A stretch of 64,000 nucleotides of DNA from Candidatus Latescibacterota bacterium. Its GTDB lineage: Bacteria; Latescibacterota; UBA2968; UBA8231. Positions within the stretch are counted from its first letter, which is position 1. The number at the start of each line of letters is the position of its first letter. Positions 46,640 to 58,440 of the stretch are shown in pieces. The notes below the pieces were generated by a model that saw nothing but the letters and a program-made list of their open reading frames with translations, had not been told where the DNA came from and made no database searches. The stretch is taken from assembly GCA_965248265.1 (NCBI GenBank), contig CBDFJF010000002.1:1312001-1376000 (forward strand), given 5' to 3'. A program made the translations under genes and the position numbers.

Positions 46640-49516
46640 ATGACCTTTGATCTGCGCTCACTCATTTTTTTGATCCCGGTTTACGTTGCTTTTTTCGCAT
46701 CCGGCGCGAGTAGTCTGATCGCTGAGGTTACATGGAATCGGATGCTGATCACGGTCGTCGGTAACTCGATGAGTGCAACGGCCATGATTTTGGTTGCGTT
46801 CATGGGAGGACTTGGACTCGGAAGCCACATCGGGGGGAAATTCTTCAGCGGACGCAGCGCTTCGCTCGTTCCGTATATCTTGCTGGAGATTGCCATCGGC
46901 GCCTATGTATTTTTCTCGCCCGCGCTGTTCGATCTGCTGGCGTATCTCTTCACCCTACTGGCTGAGAATGTTGACGATCGAGCCAACCTGACCATCGCGC
47001 GCATCGCTGTCAGCCTTGCGGCGCTGCTACTTCCCGCCTTTCTGATGGGCGCGACGTTTCCAGCTATCATCTCGGCGGTAGCGCCGGATTCGTCGTCACA
47101 GCGAACAGCACGCACAGGCTATTTGTACAGCACCAACACCTTGGGTGCCGCCGTGGGTTGCTTCGTGGCTGGATACTTCCTGTTGGGCGAGTTTGGTGTT
47201 CAGACCACCTTGGCCTGCGCCCTCGGCCTTTATTTCGTTGCGGTGGTGTGTGCGTTCGCGGCCAGAGCAGCTACAAGGCGCAAACCCAGTGACGTCCCCG
47301 CCGCCGCGCCGATCTCCGGTGGTACCGGCCCGTTCGTAGACATTAGTTCGAAGCGTTTTCTAAACATCGCGACCTTCGGAATGGGATTCGTCGCGCTTGC
47401 CTACCAAGTGCTCCTGACGAGGCTGGGCATTCTGTACCTGGGTAACAGTGCACCGGTATTTCCGGTCGTGCTGACTGGTTTTCTCTTGGGAACAGGTATC
47501 AGTGCCATGCTGGGGACATGGCTCTACGGACTGTTGCGCCGCACCACGCAAAGAAGCAACAGCCTCTTTGGCCTCACTGCGCTTGGTGCTGGAGTGTTTG
47601 TCCTCTTGACCCCGTATCTTCTGTTGACGCTCAGCACAGACCAGTCTGCCCAGTTCGCTGCATTCAGTTTTGCAAACCTGGTACCTATTCTGGCGATCAT
47701 CGTCGCTCCCACGATTCTTATCGGTGCTCTGCTGCCGGTTGCGATCAGAATGCTCCAACCGGAGGGGCGTGGCCAGGCAACACGAGAAGCCGCCACACTC
47801 TATGCGCTCAATACGGCTGGAGGCCTGCTGGGTGCCGGCCTGGTAAATCATTACCTGGTCCCGCTCATCGGAGTCCAGGGCATCCTCATCAGTATAGCTT
47901 CGATATGTGCTGCAGTGGGCATCTGCAATCTGCGCTCTCCAGGTAAAAGTTTTCGCCGTTGGTCTGCCACCACTCTAAGTGTTGTCGCGTTAGCGGTTGC
48001 TCTCGCACTAACCCTGCCAAGGATCATAGATCTGTACGCAGCGAGACTCGCGGCATCCAAGAAAGCGCTTTCGACGGAGGTCCGCCTGATTCAGGAGGGA
48101 CGCGCCGCAACGGTCAGCGTCATTGACCAAGTGGATCCCAGGAAGGGCACATACCGCGACATGTACCTGAACGGTGTTGAGGAAGCTTCAACCCGTTATT
48201 GGCACACCCAACTGTTCAAGCTATTGGGAAGTTTTCCGGTGCTGGCCCACGAGGCGGAGGAACCCAAAGAGGTGCTGGTGATCGCCTTTGGGGCCGGTAT
48301 CACGGCGGGCTCGGTACTGGCCTCTGATGAGGTCTCCAACCTCGATGTCGTCGACCTCAATCCCGATGTGGAAGGCATCAACGACCTGTTTACGGATGTG
48401 AACGGGGATGTGTTTCACAAGCCGAGATTCCGTTTTCACAATGACGACGGCCGCAACTACCTGGTGACCAGCAACAAGCGGTATGACGTGATTATCAGCG
48501 ATTCGACCCATCCGCGCGCCTACGATAGCTGGGTTCTCTACACGGAGGAATTCTACCAGGCCGTCAAAGAACGTCTTCTTTCCGGTGGTATATTTGCGCA
48601 GTGGGTGCCGGTGCTCGGTGACATGCAGGGAGACCTGTTCACGATACATCTGAATACGTTCCGACGGGTGTTCCCCAACTCCACGTTCTGGTATGTCTAC
48701 GGCTCCGACCAGGCGTTTCTCCTGGCTACCCCCGAACCCTTCATGTTCGACGTTGAACGCCTGCAAAAGCAACTGGACCAGTTGCCCGAATGGTTTCGTG
48801 CGGAAGAATACCAGATCGACACGGTCACCCGCATCGCCGGTTTCTTCTGGATGGATGAGGCGGCCATGGCGACGATGATCGGTCGCGAGACGAGGGTCAA
48901 CACCGACGATCTTCACTACTTCGATAAGCAATCCGCATTGGTGCCGGCACCGGCGCAATTGCGGCTTCCACGATTCCAGACCGCGGCTCTTCCCTATCTC
49001 GACCAAGCAGATCATACGCTTGCCGTTGCCATCCGCGAAGAGCAGCAAGTGGCTCAACTGGTGGCCAGGTATGGGTTCTACCGAACCGAGGAAGATCTGT
49101 TCAGAGCCTACTGCATCATGCCTAACAATGGCAATGTGCGATATTTCTTGTCTCGAGGACTCCCCGACGGCAAGCTGCCGGACAACGAGACCTTCTGTGA
49201 GGGATTACAGATAAGGAATTATCTAGCAGCCATCGCGAGGCAACCTGATGATGTTCGCGCCATGACCGATCTGGCGCGTCTTCACGCAGGTAAGGGCAGG
49301 TATGCTGAGGCAGAACCGCTTCTCAGGCAGGCGTTGGCAATAAGGGAGAAGGCCCTCGGGCCAGAGCACCCCGAGGTGGCGCAATCCTTGACCGATCTGG
49401 CACACCTGTATGAATCCCAGGGCAGGCATTCCGAGGCTGAACCACTTTTCAAGCGATCCCAGGAAATATTGAAGAAAATCTTTGGGCGAAGCATCCCCGC
49501 GTTGCGGAAACCATGA
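46640..49516 (+). CDS. Fused MFS-like membrane domain/spermidine synthase-like methyltransferase with C-terminal TPR
   Basis: SGASSLIAEVTWNR, LMGATFP, LYSTNTLGAAVG; VLVIAFGAGITAG, DDGRNYL, YDVIISDS, LYTEEFY; LGPEHPEVAQSL TPR. Confidence 0.88.
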   Translation: MTFDLRSLIFLIPVYVAFFASGASSLIAEVTWNRMLITVVGNSMSATAMILVAFMGGLGLGSHIGGKFFSGRSASLVPYILLEIAIGAYVFFSPALFDLLAYLFTLLAENVDDRANLTIARIAVSLAALLLPAFLMGATFPAIISAVAPDSSSQRTARTGYLYSTNTLGAAVGCFVAGYFLLGEFGVQTTLACALGLYFVAVVCAFAARAATRRKPSDVPAAAPISGGTGPFVDISSKRFLNIATFGMGFVALAYQVLLTRLGILYLGNSAPVFPVVLTGFLLGTGISAMLGTWLYGLLRRTTQRSNSLFGLTALGAGVFVLLTPYLLLTLSTDQSAQFAAFSFANLVPILAIIVAPTILIGALLPVAIRMLQPEGRGQATREAATLYALNTAGGLLGAGLVNHYLVPLIGVQGILISIASICAAVGICNLRSPGKSFRRWSATTLSVVALAVALALTLPRIIDLYAARLAASKKALSTEVRLIQEGRAATVSVIDQVDPRKGTYRDMYLNGVEEASTRYWHTQLFKLLGSFPVLAHEAEEPKEVLVIAFGAGITAGSVLASDEVSNLDVVDLNPDVEGINDLFTDVNGDVFHKPRFRFHNDDGRNYLVTSNKRYDVIISDSTHPRAYDSWVLYTEEFYQAVKERLLSGGIFAQWVPVLGDMQGDLFTIHLNTFRRVFPNSTFWYVYGSDQAFLLATPEPFMFDVERLQKQLDQLPEWFRAEEYQIDTVTRIAGFFWMDEAAMATMIGRETRVNTDDLHYFDKQSALVPAPAQLRLPRFQTAALPYLDQADHTLAVAIREEQQVAQLVARYGFYRTEEDLFRAYCIMPNNGNVRYFLSRGLPDGKLPDNETFCEGLQIRNYLAAIARQPDDVRAMTDLARLHAGKGRYAEAEPLLRQALAIREKALGPEHPEVAQSLTDLAHLYESQGRHSEAEPLFKRSQEILKKIFGRSIPALRKP

Positions 49517-49605
49517 GCAGTATAGTGCCCTGTTACGAGCGCAGCTTTACCATGGCCAGGGCAAGTGCGCGGATGCGTTCGTAGATAACCAGCAGAGAGG
49601 TTGAT

Positions 49606-50817
49606 ATGTCCCAGGACAAAGCCTACCGTGTTCGCGCGATTCCCTGCAGCCACAAGGCGTCGGGAGAGGAGATTTACGAGCGGCTCAAGAGTATCACCGC
49701 GCCCCTGGACCGCTCCTGGGCGAAAATCGAAAAGGCCCGCAAGGTCGGAATCAAGTTCAATATGCAGATGCGGACCGAGTCTGTGCGCCGCATAGGGGGT
49801 CGGCGCCAGGAGCTGGTCGACGAGGACGTGGTGCGCGCTTCGCTGCGCCTCTTGCAGGAACGCACCGATGCAGAGCTCTTCGTCATCGATACCAGCATGG
49901 TCCCGGCGGGCCAGCGGCCCGGGCACGATTTCAACATGGCACCCGTCTTTGAGGAGTTCGGGATCCCGTACGTGGAGGCCGGTGACCCGCCTTTCGAACG
50001 CTACAAGGTTCCCGGTGGGGGTACGATGTTTTCCGAGTACCAGCTTTCGGCCGCTCTCGGCGAAGCGGATGCCTTCGTGTCCGTCGCCAAGATGAAAAAC
50101 CACGGATTCATGGGGATCACCCTGTGTCTGAAGAACCTGTTCGGATTGCCGCCGATTCCACCGCACGGCCGGGTGCGGACCTACTTCCACCACGTCATCC
50201 GTCTCTCCTACGTGCTGCCGGACCTGGGGTTGATTACCCAGCCCTGCCTGAACATCATCGACGGTCTGACCGGCCAGGCCAGACGGGAGTGGGGTGGGGA
50301 AGGACGGATCTGCGATGCCCTGATCGCCGGCGACCACGTGATTGCCACCGACGCCTGTGGAATGCATCTGATGGGAACGGATCCACATCTCGATTGGCCG
50401 CATCCGCCTTTCCGACGGGATCGAAGTCCGATCGCGGTCGCTGCCGAACACGGTTTCGGCACGACGAACCTGGAGGAAATCGATTTTGACACGGGCGGGT
50501 TGCAACCGCCATTAGCCGAGTTCGATTCGGAGGAACTGGTGCCTGGTGAAATGGTCAAGAACCTGCGCCACACCGCTTGCGAGCAGGCGCTGTTCTACCG
50601 GGAGCACCGCCAGCGCCTGTGTGATCAGCACTCCGGCTCCTACATCTTTCTACAGGACGGCGAAGTCGTCTGGAGTGGCGCCGACCCCAACAAGGCCGGC
50701 ACGGTCGAGGATGTCACTGGGGACCGCAAGGATCACGCCGTGTGGCTCAAACTGGTCGATCCCGATGAGCGGGAGGGAGAGCACATCGGCGTGTATGAAC
50801 GCATTCTCGCGGCCTGA
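49606..50817 (+). CDS. DUF362 domain protein
   Basis: KVGIKFN, ADAFVSVAKMKNH...ITLCLKNLFG, LNIIDG, IAGDHVIATDA. Confidence 0.85.
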   Translation: MSQDKAYRVRAIPCSHKASGEEIYERLKSITAPLDRSWAKIEKARKVGIKFNMQMRTESVRRIGGRRQELVDEDVVRASLRLLQERTDAELFVIDTSMVPAGQRPGHDFNMAPVFEEFGIPYVEAGDPPFERYKVPGGGTMFSEYQLSAALGEADAFVSVAKMKNHGFMGITLCLKNLFGLPPIPPHGRVRTYFHHVIRLSYVLPDLGLITQPCLNIIDGLTGQARREWGGEGRICDALIAGDHVIATDACGMHLMGTDPHLDWPHPPFRRDRSPIAVAAEHGFGTTNLEEIDFDTGGLQPPLAEFDSEELVPGEMVKNLRHTACEQALFYREHRQRLCDQHSGSYIFLQDGEVVWSGADPNKAGTVEDVTGDRKDHAVWLKLVDPDEREGEHIGVYERILAA

Positions 50818-50834
50818 GCCGTCTACCGCGCCTT

Positions 50835-51647
50835 TTATCCGTACTCTCCTACTGAGTTCCAGCCAGGGTACTGTTCCTCCAACGCCTCGAGTGTCTGCTG
50901 CGTGTAATACGGGTGTCCGGCCGGCGGGAACCTGAACAGCTCCCGCTCACGCGCCGAGAGGCCGGAGATGAACTTGCGGAAATGCGGATCGGTGCCGACG
51001 CGGGTGTAATGGGCGACACCCTCCCAGTAGTGGTCGGCGTGGCCGTAGGCGAACTTCCATATGTACTTCTGGCCGTCCGCTCTCAGGTAATCCGGAGCTC
51101 CATGCCAGGTGTAGTTGTGAAAGACCGCCAGTGTTCCGGCGGGACCGACCATGTCGACGGCTCTGGCCATGTCCTGGCCGTCTGCGGTCGCGATGAGCTG
51201 AGTCGGCGCCTGATCCTCATCCACATCCTCCAGGTAGAACCAGAAATTGATCTGCCCATACCTCCGATCGGAGGTCGACGGAGGTAGCAGCGAGTTGTTG
51301 CCGTTGTCGATATGGCCTTCGCTCACCCTCGATTTGAAGCCGGGGTAGCGGACGATCGAACCACCGGGACGGTAGTGGATATGGTCCGTCCCCAGCCATT
51401 GCTGAGAGAAGCGGATGGCCTCCCAGTCGACGATGGACTGGTTGAGGATCTGCTCGGAATAGGGAAAGACCTCGAATACCGTGCGCTCTTCGGGCGGGTC
51501 GTCCTTCACCTCGTCCCATGGCTTGAGTATCCTGCGTATTGCAGTAGCCATCTGTTCGCACTGCGCTTGCGGGAGATAGCTATCTATGATGAAGAAGCCG
51601 TTTTCACTCAACTCATCGAAGTGGGCTTGCGTCAGTCTTGGAGACAT
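50835..51647 (-). CDS. Phytanoyl-CoA dioxygenase (PhyH) family protein
   Basis: ENGFFII, HID, FYLEDV, GTLAVF...TWHG. Confidence 0.85.
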   Translation of the reverse strand: MSPRLTQAHFDELSENGFFIIDSYLPQAQCEQMATAIRRILKPWDEVKDDPPEERTVFEVFPYSEQILNQSIVDWEAIRFSQQWLGTDHIHYRPGGSIVRYPGFKSRVSEGHIDNGNNSLLPPSTSDRRYGQINFWFYLEDVDEDQAPTQLIATADGQDMARAVDMVGPAGTLAVFHNYTWHGAPDYLRADGQKYIWKFAYGHADHYWEGVAHYTRVGTDPHFRKFISGLSARERELFRFPPAGHPYYTQQTLEALEEQYPGWNSVGEYG

Positions 51648-51675
51648 GTGCTCAGCTCGCGGTCATGATCGGGGA

Positions 51676-52566
51676 TCAGACCCGGTGGGGCCCTCTCGCA
51701 GGAGGATGTTGGTGCATCTGTTCCAGGGCTTCGTCCCAGAGTTTACACCACGAAGCGTGGTCGGTCAGGACGCTTCCGGGGTCGGACGGACTGCGCACGG
51801 GGAAATCGGGATGAAACGGGCGCCCAGTCGGTGTCCCGCTCTGCTGGTAGCGCAGGTCGAGGCTCCAGCGTACATCCCATTCGGTCACGTTGGGCCTTGA
51901 GCGATGGGGAGTGAACTGACTCATGAAGATGACGCCGCCCTTGTCGACCTCGGCGACCAGTGGTTCAACCTGGGGCAGCAGGTCCGGCCTGATGGTGGTG
52001 CCGCCCTCAGCCTGATGGTGCAGGTGTCCGTTCTCGAAGACATCCGGCATCACCTGGATGCAGCCCCTGTCCCGGGTCGCGTTCACCAGAGGAATCCAGC
52101 AGGTGACAATCCTGACCGCGTCCGCCTCTGCCCAGGTGACTCCCGAATCCTGATGCCATGGCGTGTCGTAGTAGAAGTTTGGCTCCGTCAGCCGGTTCGG
52201 AGGTTTGTCACGCAGGTGTTGGATGGGTGAACAGGTGATCTCGGATCCGATCAGGCTGGCGACCGCATCGAGCAGATGGTCGTTGCGCAGAAAGTCGAAC
52301 AGGGCCGGCGCCCGCATGCGGTTGATGTCGATTCCGTGACCGATTTCGGCACTCTGAGCCCGGAGTTTGGCATAGCGCCGCTCAAACGGCTCGTCTTCGT
52401 GCAGCTCCTCGAGCTTGCCCTGAGCTTGCAACGTCAAGGCGCGCCGGTTGACGAAATCCGTGACGGCATCGATGGTCGGCTGCAGATCGGCATCGCTCAA
52501 CACACCCTCCGCGATCAGCACGCCGTGCTCCTCGAAGGTCGCTACCTGTTGCGCAGTCAGGGACAT
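51676..52566 (-). CDS. PhyH family dioxygenase
   Basis: LTAQQVATFEEHG, TPWHQD, CWIPL, GCIQVMP, PHRS.PN, RWSLDLRY. Confidence 0.9.
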   Translation of the reverse strand: MSLTAQQVATFEEHGVLIAEGVLSDADLQPTIDAVTDFVNRRALTLQAQGKLEELHEDEPFERRYAKLRAQSAEIGHGIDINRMRAPALFDFLRNDHLLDAVASLIGSEITCSPIQHLRDKPPNRLTEPNFYYDTPWHQDSGVTWAEADAVRIVTCWIPLVNATRDRGCIQVMPDVFENGHLHHQAEGGTTIRPDLLPQVEPLVAEVDKGGVIFMSQFTPHRSRPNVTEWDVRWSLDLRYQQSGTPTGRPFHPDFPVRSPSDPGSVLTDHASWCKLWDEALEQMHQHPPARGPHRV

Positions 52567-52670
52567 GGGGCTAGGCTCTGATCGGGGGTGACAGGCTGTG
52601 GAAAAAGAACAACATTTCGGGATGTGTCGGCCACCACAGATGTGGGCGCGTTTGCGCCACAGGAGCGGTA

Positions 52671-53516
52671 ATGCAGCAAGAGGATTACGATTTCTTCAAA
52701 AATAACGGTTATCTGTCACTAGGAAAGGTCCTCAGCGACGATGAGGTGGCCCGCTTCGAGGACGCCTTCGACAGGGACCGACGCGACTTCAGCCGCTCCT
52801 GGACTACGACCGGCATCTGGCAGACCGAGAATCTACATGCACTCCTGACGGCTCCCGAGTTCGATGAAATCGTTCGCCATCCCGTGGTCCTGGAGGCTCT
52901 CGAGGCGCTGATGTGTGATGAGGTCTGTTTCTCCGAAATCGGCATAAGGTACATGGGACCCTACGAGGGAGAGCCGGTTCCGGCCATGCGGTCGTGGGAC
53001 GGCCCTGTAGGCTATCGCTGGCATCGAGACGGAGGAACAAGCTTGATGTGGCCGGAACATCCGCTGCGCCTCGGCTACGCCCAGGTGATGGTCTACCTGT
53101 GCGACGTCAGCGATACTACCCACAGTTTCGCCATTTCCCCAGAGTCAGCTGATAGTGAGATCCTGAATATCGAGGGCCAACTGGCACGGAACGGAATGCG
53201 AGAGCTGCACGGCTGTGCCGGCACCGCGCTCCTATTCGATGCGTCGCGTGTGCACACGGTCGTCGTGCGTCCGACACAGTCCGAGCGCAAATCCGTGCAG
53301 ACTTACTATGGTCATCGACACCGCGAGTTCCTCAGCGAGCAGTCCTATACTCCTGCAGCGCTATGCCGTGACCATCCAGACGAGGAAACTCGTGGATTCT
53401 ACGGTGTGCTGAACAACAAGACCCGGGAATTCTTGAAACGCACTGCTGGGCGCGCCGACGTGCCCGTGAACGAAGCCCTGGAGATCCTGGCCGACATCAA
53501 GCCACAACCTGATTGA
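52671..53516 (+). CDS. PhyH family dioxygenase
   Basis: FFKNNGYL, WHRD, MVYLCDV, GTALLFD...HT. Confidence 0.88.
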   Translation: MQQEDYDFFKNNGYLSLGKVLSDDEVARFEDAFDRDRRDFSRSWTTTGIWQTENLHALLTAPEFDEIVRHPVVLEALEALMCDEVCFSEIGIRYMGPYEGEPVPAMRSWDGPVGYRWHRDGGTSLMWPEHPLRLGYAQVMVYLCDVSDTTHSFAISPESADSEILNIEGQLARNGMRELHGCAGTALLFDASRVHTVVVRPTQSERKSVQTYYGHRHREFLSEQSYTPAALCRDHPDEETRGFYGVLNNKTREFLKRTAGRADVPVNEALEILADIKPQPD

Positions 53517-53553
53517 ATACACGACCCATGGTCGATGACAAAGGGGACATGAA

Positions 53554-54675
53554 GTGAGCATCGAAGCCCAGAGAACGCAGCTGATGGAGTCCGGATACGT
53601 CATGTGCCGCGGCATGATTCCACCCGACGAATTACAGCGGTTGCGCGCAAGTGTCGATCGCATCGTAGCGCGGCCGCCGGAACCGTCGAGCCGGGTGGAC
53701 CTCACCGAATGGGTCGATGGAGAGACCGCCGACGCGGTCGAATTTTTCTTCGACGAGCGCACCCTCGGCTTCAGTTGTGATTTGATGGATGTGGCCGAGG
53801 CAGAACCGCTGGGATTGTGGGTTCTGTGCCAATCGGGAACGGGCTGGCATCGAGACATCCATCCCATCGACATGGCACCGCTCGATGGGTTGCAGGAGGA
53901 CATAAAACTCAACGGCCCGCCTTATCTGCAATGGCACGTGGCGCTGTACGACGACAGCTTCCTGCACGTGATACCGGGGAGTCATCGTCGGCGCAACAAC
54001 GACGAAGAGCGCAAGATCGAGAGGCGCATGGGGGTGGTGCCGCTGCCCGGAGACACGGTCGTCGACATGAAGGCCGGTGATGGGGTCGTCTACATCAATA
54101 ACTTCCTCCACGCGGCCGAACCCAACGGCGACATCAAGCGCCGCACCTATCACATGGGATACCAGGCGTTCGGCAACAAAGGATTTACCCATTACCTTCC
54201 GAACTCCATGGGAGTCGGCTTCATCGAACACCTGTCGCCACGGGCCGCCGAGCAATGCAGACAGTTCGAGCGCCTGCATTCGCAGAAGAACGACCAGATC
54301 GCGGCCACATTCCGCGGCATCATCGACGGTGATGGCACAGCGTTCATGGAGGCCTTCGACACGCTACACCCGAGTGAGCACGCGCGGATGACGTCCTTGA
54401 TCGTGCTGTCGAGAATCGCCTACCAAATTCGCAAGTACAAGGATTCCGACGACGATGACTACCACAACACTGACACGGTCCAAGCACTAGGTGCACACTT
54501 TAGTGCCGAGGAGCTCGATCGGCTTCAGGAGCGATTCGCCGCGCTAGAGGACAAACTGACGGCGGACACGGAGCAGTACGAGTCGCTGTTTCAGAACGCG
54601 GCGATGAAGTATTACTTCTACGAAATGCCGAAGAACTTCGGCATTCACGACCTCATCGCCAGCTGGAGCAGATGA
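53554..54675 (+). CDS. PhyH family dioxygenase
   Basis: ESGYV, WHRD, VIPGSHRR, MKAGDGVVY...LH. Confidence 0.88.
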   Translation: MSIEAQRTQLMESGYVMCRGMIPPDELQRLRASVDRIVARPPEPSSRVDLTEWVDGETADAVEFFFDERTLGFSCDLMDVAEAEPLGLWVLCQSGTGWHRDIHPIDMAPLDGLQEDIKLNGPPYLQWHVALYDDSFLHVIPGSHRRRNNDEERKIERRMGVVPLPGDTVVDMKAGDGVVYINNFLHAAEPNGDIKRRTYHMGYQAFGNKGFTHYLPNSMGVGFIEHLSPRAAEQCRQFERLHSQKNDQIAATFRGIIDGDGTAFMEAFDTLHPSEHARMTSLIVLSRIAYQIRKYKDSDDDDYHNTDTVQALGAHFSAEELDRLQERFAALEDKLTADTEQYESLFQNAAMKYYFYEMPKNFGIHDLIASWSR

Positions 54676-54681
54676 TCTTCC

Positions 54682-56975
54682 TTATTTGACCAACGCCATC
54701 TTGCGCGTTTCCATGAGTTCCTTTCCCGCCAGCAGTCGATATACGTACACGCCGCTGGCCAGCTCGCGGCCTCGCTCATTGCGACCATTCCATCGTACGG
54801 TATAGACTCCAGCCTCTCGAGATCCGTCTACGAGCTGCACCAGCTTTTGCCCCGCCAGATTGTATACGGCCAGCTCTACCTCTTGTTTTTCTCTCATTTC
54901 AAATCGGATCACCGTCTCAGCGTTGAACGGGTTGGGATAGTTCTGCTCCAGAGAGTAGCCCTGCGGCAGCGTCGTGGGGTGCTCTTCCAGTACGGTGGTG
55001 GCTACTGGGGGCCTTGCCGGTGCGGCGACAGCAACCAGACGTATGTCGTCGAGGTAGAAGGTGCCATGCCCTCGCCCCAAAAAACCGATCCTGGTGATCA
55101 CATCCAAGTTAAAAGACTCCAGTGGTATGTCTATCACCTGCCACTCCTTCTTGTCCAGGTCCACCTGGCTGCTCCTTCGACCCCAGAACAGAGGCAGTGA
55201 ATGTTCGTCTATGATTACAGTAATAGCCAAATCGTTACCCGGCACTCCGTAATTGCCCGGGTGAAAGGCAAAGCGCAGGGAAGCGAATCCGAAAGCGTCT
55301 ACAGGGTCGGTCGGTTCGTAGAATACTCGGAAAAAGGAGTTGATGTTCCTGAATGCCAGCGCTGAGGCGCCCAGGTAGACGACCTGGCTTTCCTGAGTAT
55401 CCAACTCCCCACCCCTCATCCGGTTCGTCACCCGCCACTGGTCTCCCACTTCATCTCCGAACACCAGCAGATCCCTCGCAGGATAGACGTGAAAGGGTAC
55501 GTCGTAGGGATACAAGCGTCCCTGATCATCTTCCAGCTGAACCTTTATTCGATGCTCACCACTGTGCAGGTCCTGTGGCACCTGAATACGCCCGGTAAAT
55601 AGCCGTCCACCGGCCCCATCTCCGTCGTCGAACAGTGTCCACTCTTCCGTCTCTTTTGTGTCAAAGAACCGGGCGGAAACCCGGGCGATCTGTCCGGTGA
55701 TTCCGCGCGGTGATGGCGCGGTTGTCGCGGTCACCGTCACCCAGTCCGAGTAGCCCGCAACCGAAGACTGGGCACTCAACGATACCTGCCTGATGCCGTG
55801 GGACGGCTCATCAAAGCGGAATGCCAGCAGGGCGGGCGCACCGACGCCACGCACGTGACGCGCGTTATCGGCCACATAGATCAAGCCGTCGGTATGAGGT
55901 TGTGCACCCCAGGCACCGGGCGAGGAGAAGTAGGCGATCTCTACCGGATGATCCGGGGTGGCGAGATCGAAAATGCGCACTCCGGCGTCGTAATAGGCCC
56001 AGTAGAGCAGGCCGTCCCGGGCATAGGGGTTGTGGGGGCCCGTTGTCTCAAAGAAAGGGGGTGGTTGAGCACGGAAGGTCCCCACCTCCACCGGGTAGCG
56101 CGGATCGGTCGCGTCGATGATGTGCAGAGGTCGATTCCAGCCGCCGTATTCCTGGTTGCAGTAGACGAATCCGTTCTCCATCCAGGCGCTGTGCAGCCCT
56201 TCGGCAATGGGCACAGAGGACAGGGTAACGGGATTATCGGGGTCGGCCAGGTCCAGGATAACCAGACCTCCGCTGTCGCCAAAATCGTTGCTGACGCTAA
56301 GGAAGGCCATGTCATCGCGGATGAAGACATCATGGATGAAATTACTGAAGCCCTCAGCGTCGTTCATCCAGAAGCCCGATTCCGACGGTTGCGCAGGGTT
56401 TGAAATGTCCAGAATCGTCATGCCTTCGTCGATGGAGCTGACCAGATAAGCGCGATTCTTGTAGAGGAAGAGGTTGTGTACCCCTCCGCGGTCCGAGGCC
56501 TCGAAGTTCGAGAGGATTTGGGGATTGGACGGGTCGGAAATATCGATGAAGATCACCTCGCCCAAATAGTTTCTCTGCGCCCCGACGGCGGCCAGATCTC
56601 CGCTGACCTTTATGTCCAGTGAACGAATGCCAAATAGGAACAGCGAGGTGTCCAGGCGCATGGCCTGTGGTTGAGAAACGTCCACGATGTGTAGTACGTC
56701 TCGATCCCGATTGCCGACATAGGCATGGCTGCCAGCGACATACAGGTCGGTCACGCCCTCCAGCACAATACTGTCCACCAAGGCCATACTGAAGGTATGG
56801 GCGTATGCCGAGGCAGGCGCAGCCTCCCACGAGGATTCTGCCGCAACTTCGCCCTCATGTGCGTCCGCACCGTGTGCGTCCGCACCGTGTGCGTCCGCAT
56901 CATGGGCATCTGCATCAGACGAGAGTGCCGGGTAGGTCAGCAACAACATGAAACAACAACTGATGTGACAAACAG
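54682..56975 (-). pseudogene. LVIVD-repeat secreted protein with FlgD/T9SS-like tail; 5' end (58293-58323) separated by IS3
   Basis: LHIVDVS.P, IFIDISDP.NP, LVILDLADP repeats; NYPNPFN tail. Removing the IS restores MKTAKPNRLFAVCHISCCFMLLL. A 755-aa ORF from 56949 remains open. Confidence 0.8.
56858..56917 (-). repeat. 15-bp tandem repeat x4 encoding (D/G)ADAH
   Basis: tgtgcgtccgcaccg units on the + strand. Confidence 0.85.
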
Positions 56976-57005
56976 TGAATCGCCCCGGGTTTTTCGGAGA
57001 CTCGG

Positions 57006-58237
<1,232 letters not shown>

Positions 58238-58440
58238 GACTCCAATCCTCTCAAGAAATGGAGCCTCCGGCAACCCCGGGGCGATTCAACAGCGAAAAGG
58301 CGGTTGGGCTTTGCTGTCTTCATGAGATTGCCCATCGAAAAGCGAGTCTGCACCGAAGGGGAAGATACGCAACGGCGCCGGAAAAAGCCCAATGAGTGTT
58401 TCTCGCACTCACCTACCGACGTCCAACTTCATGTCGACTT

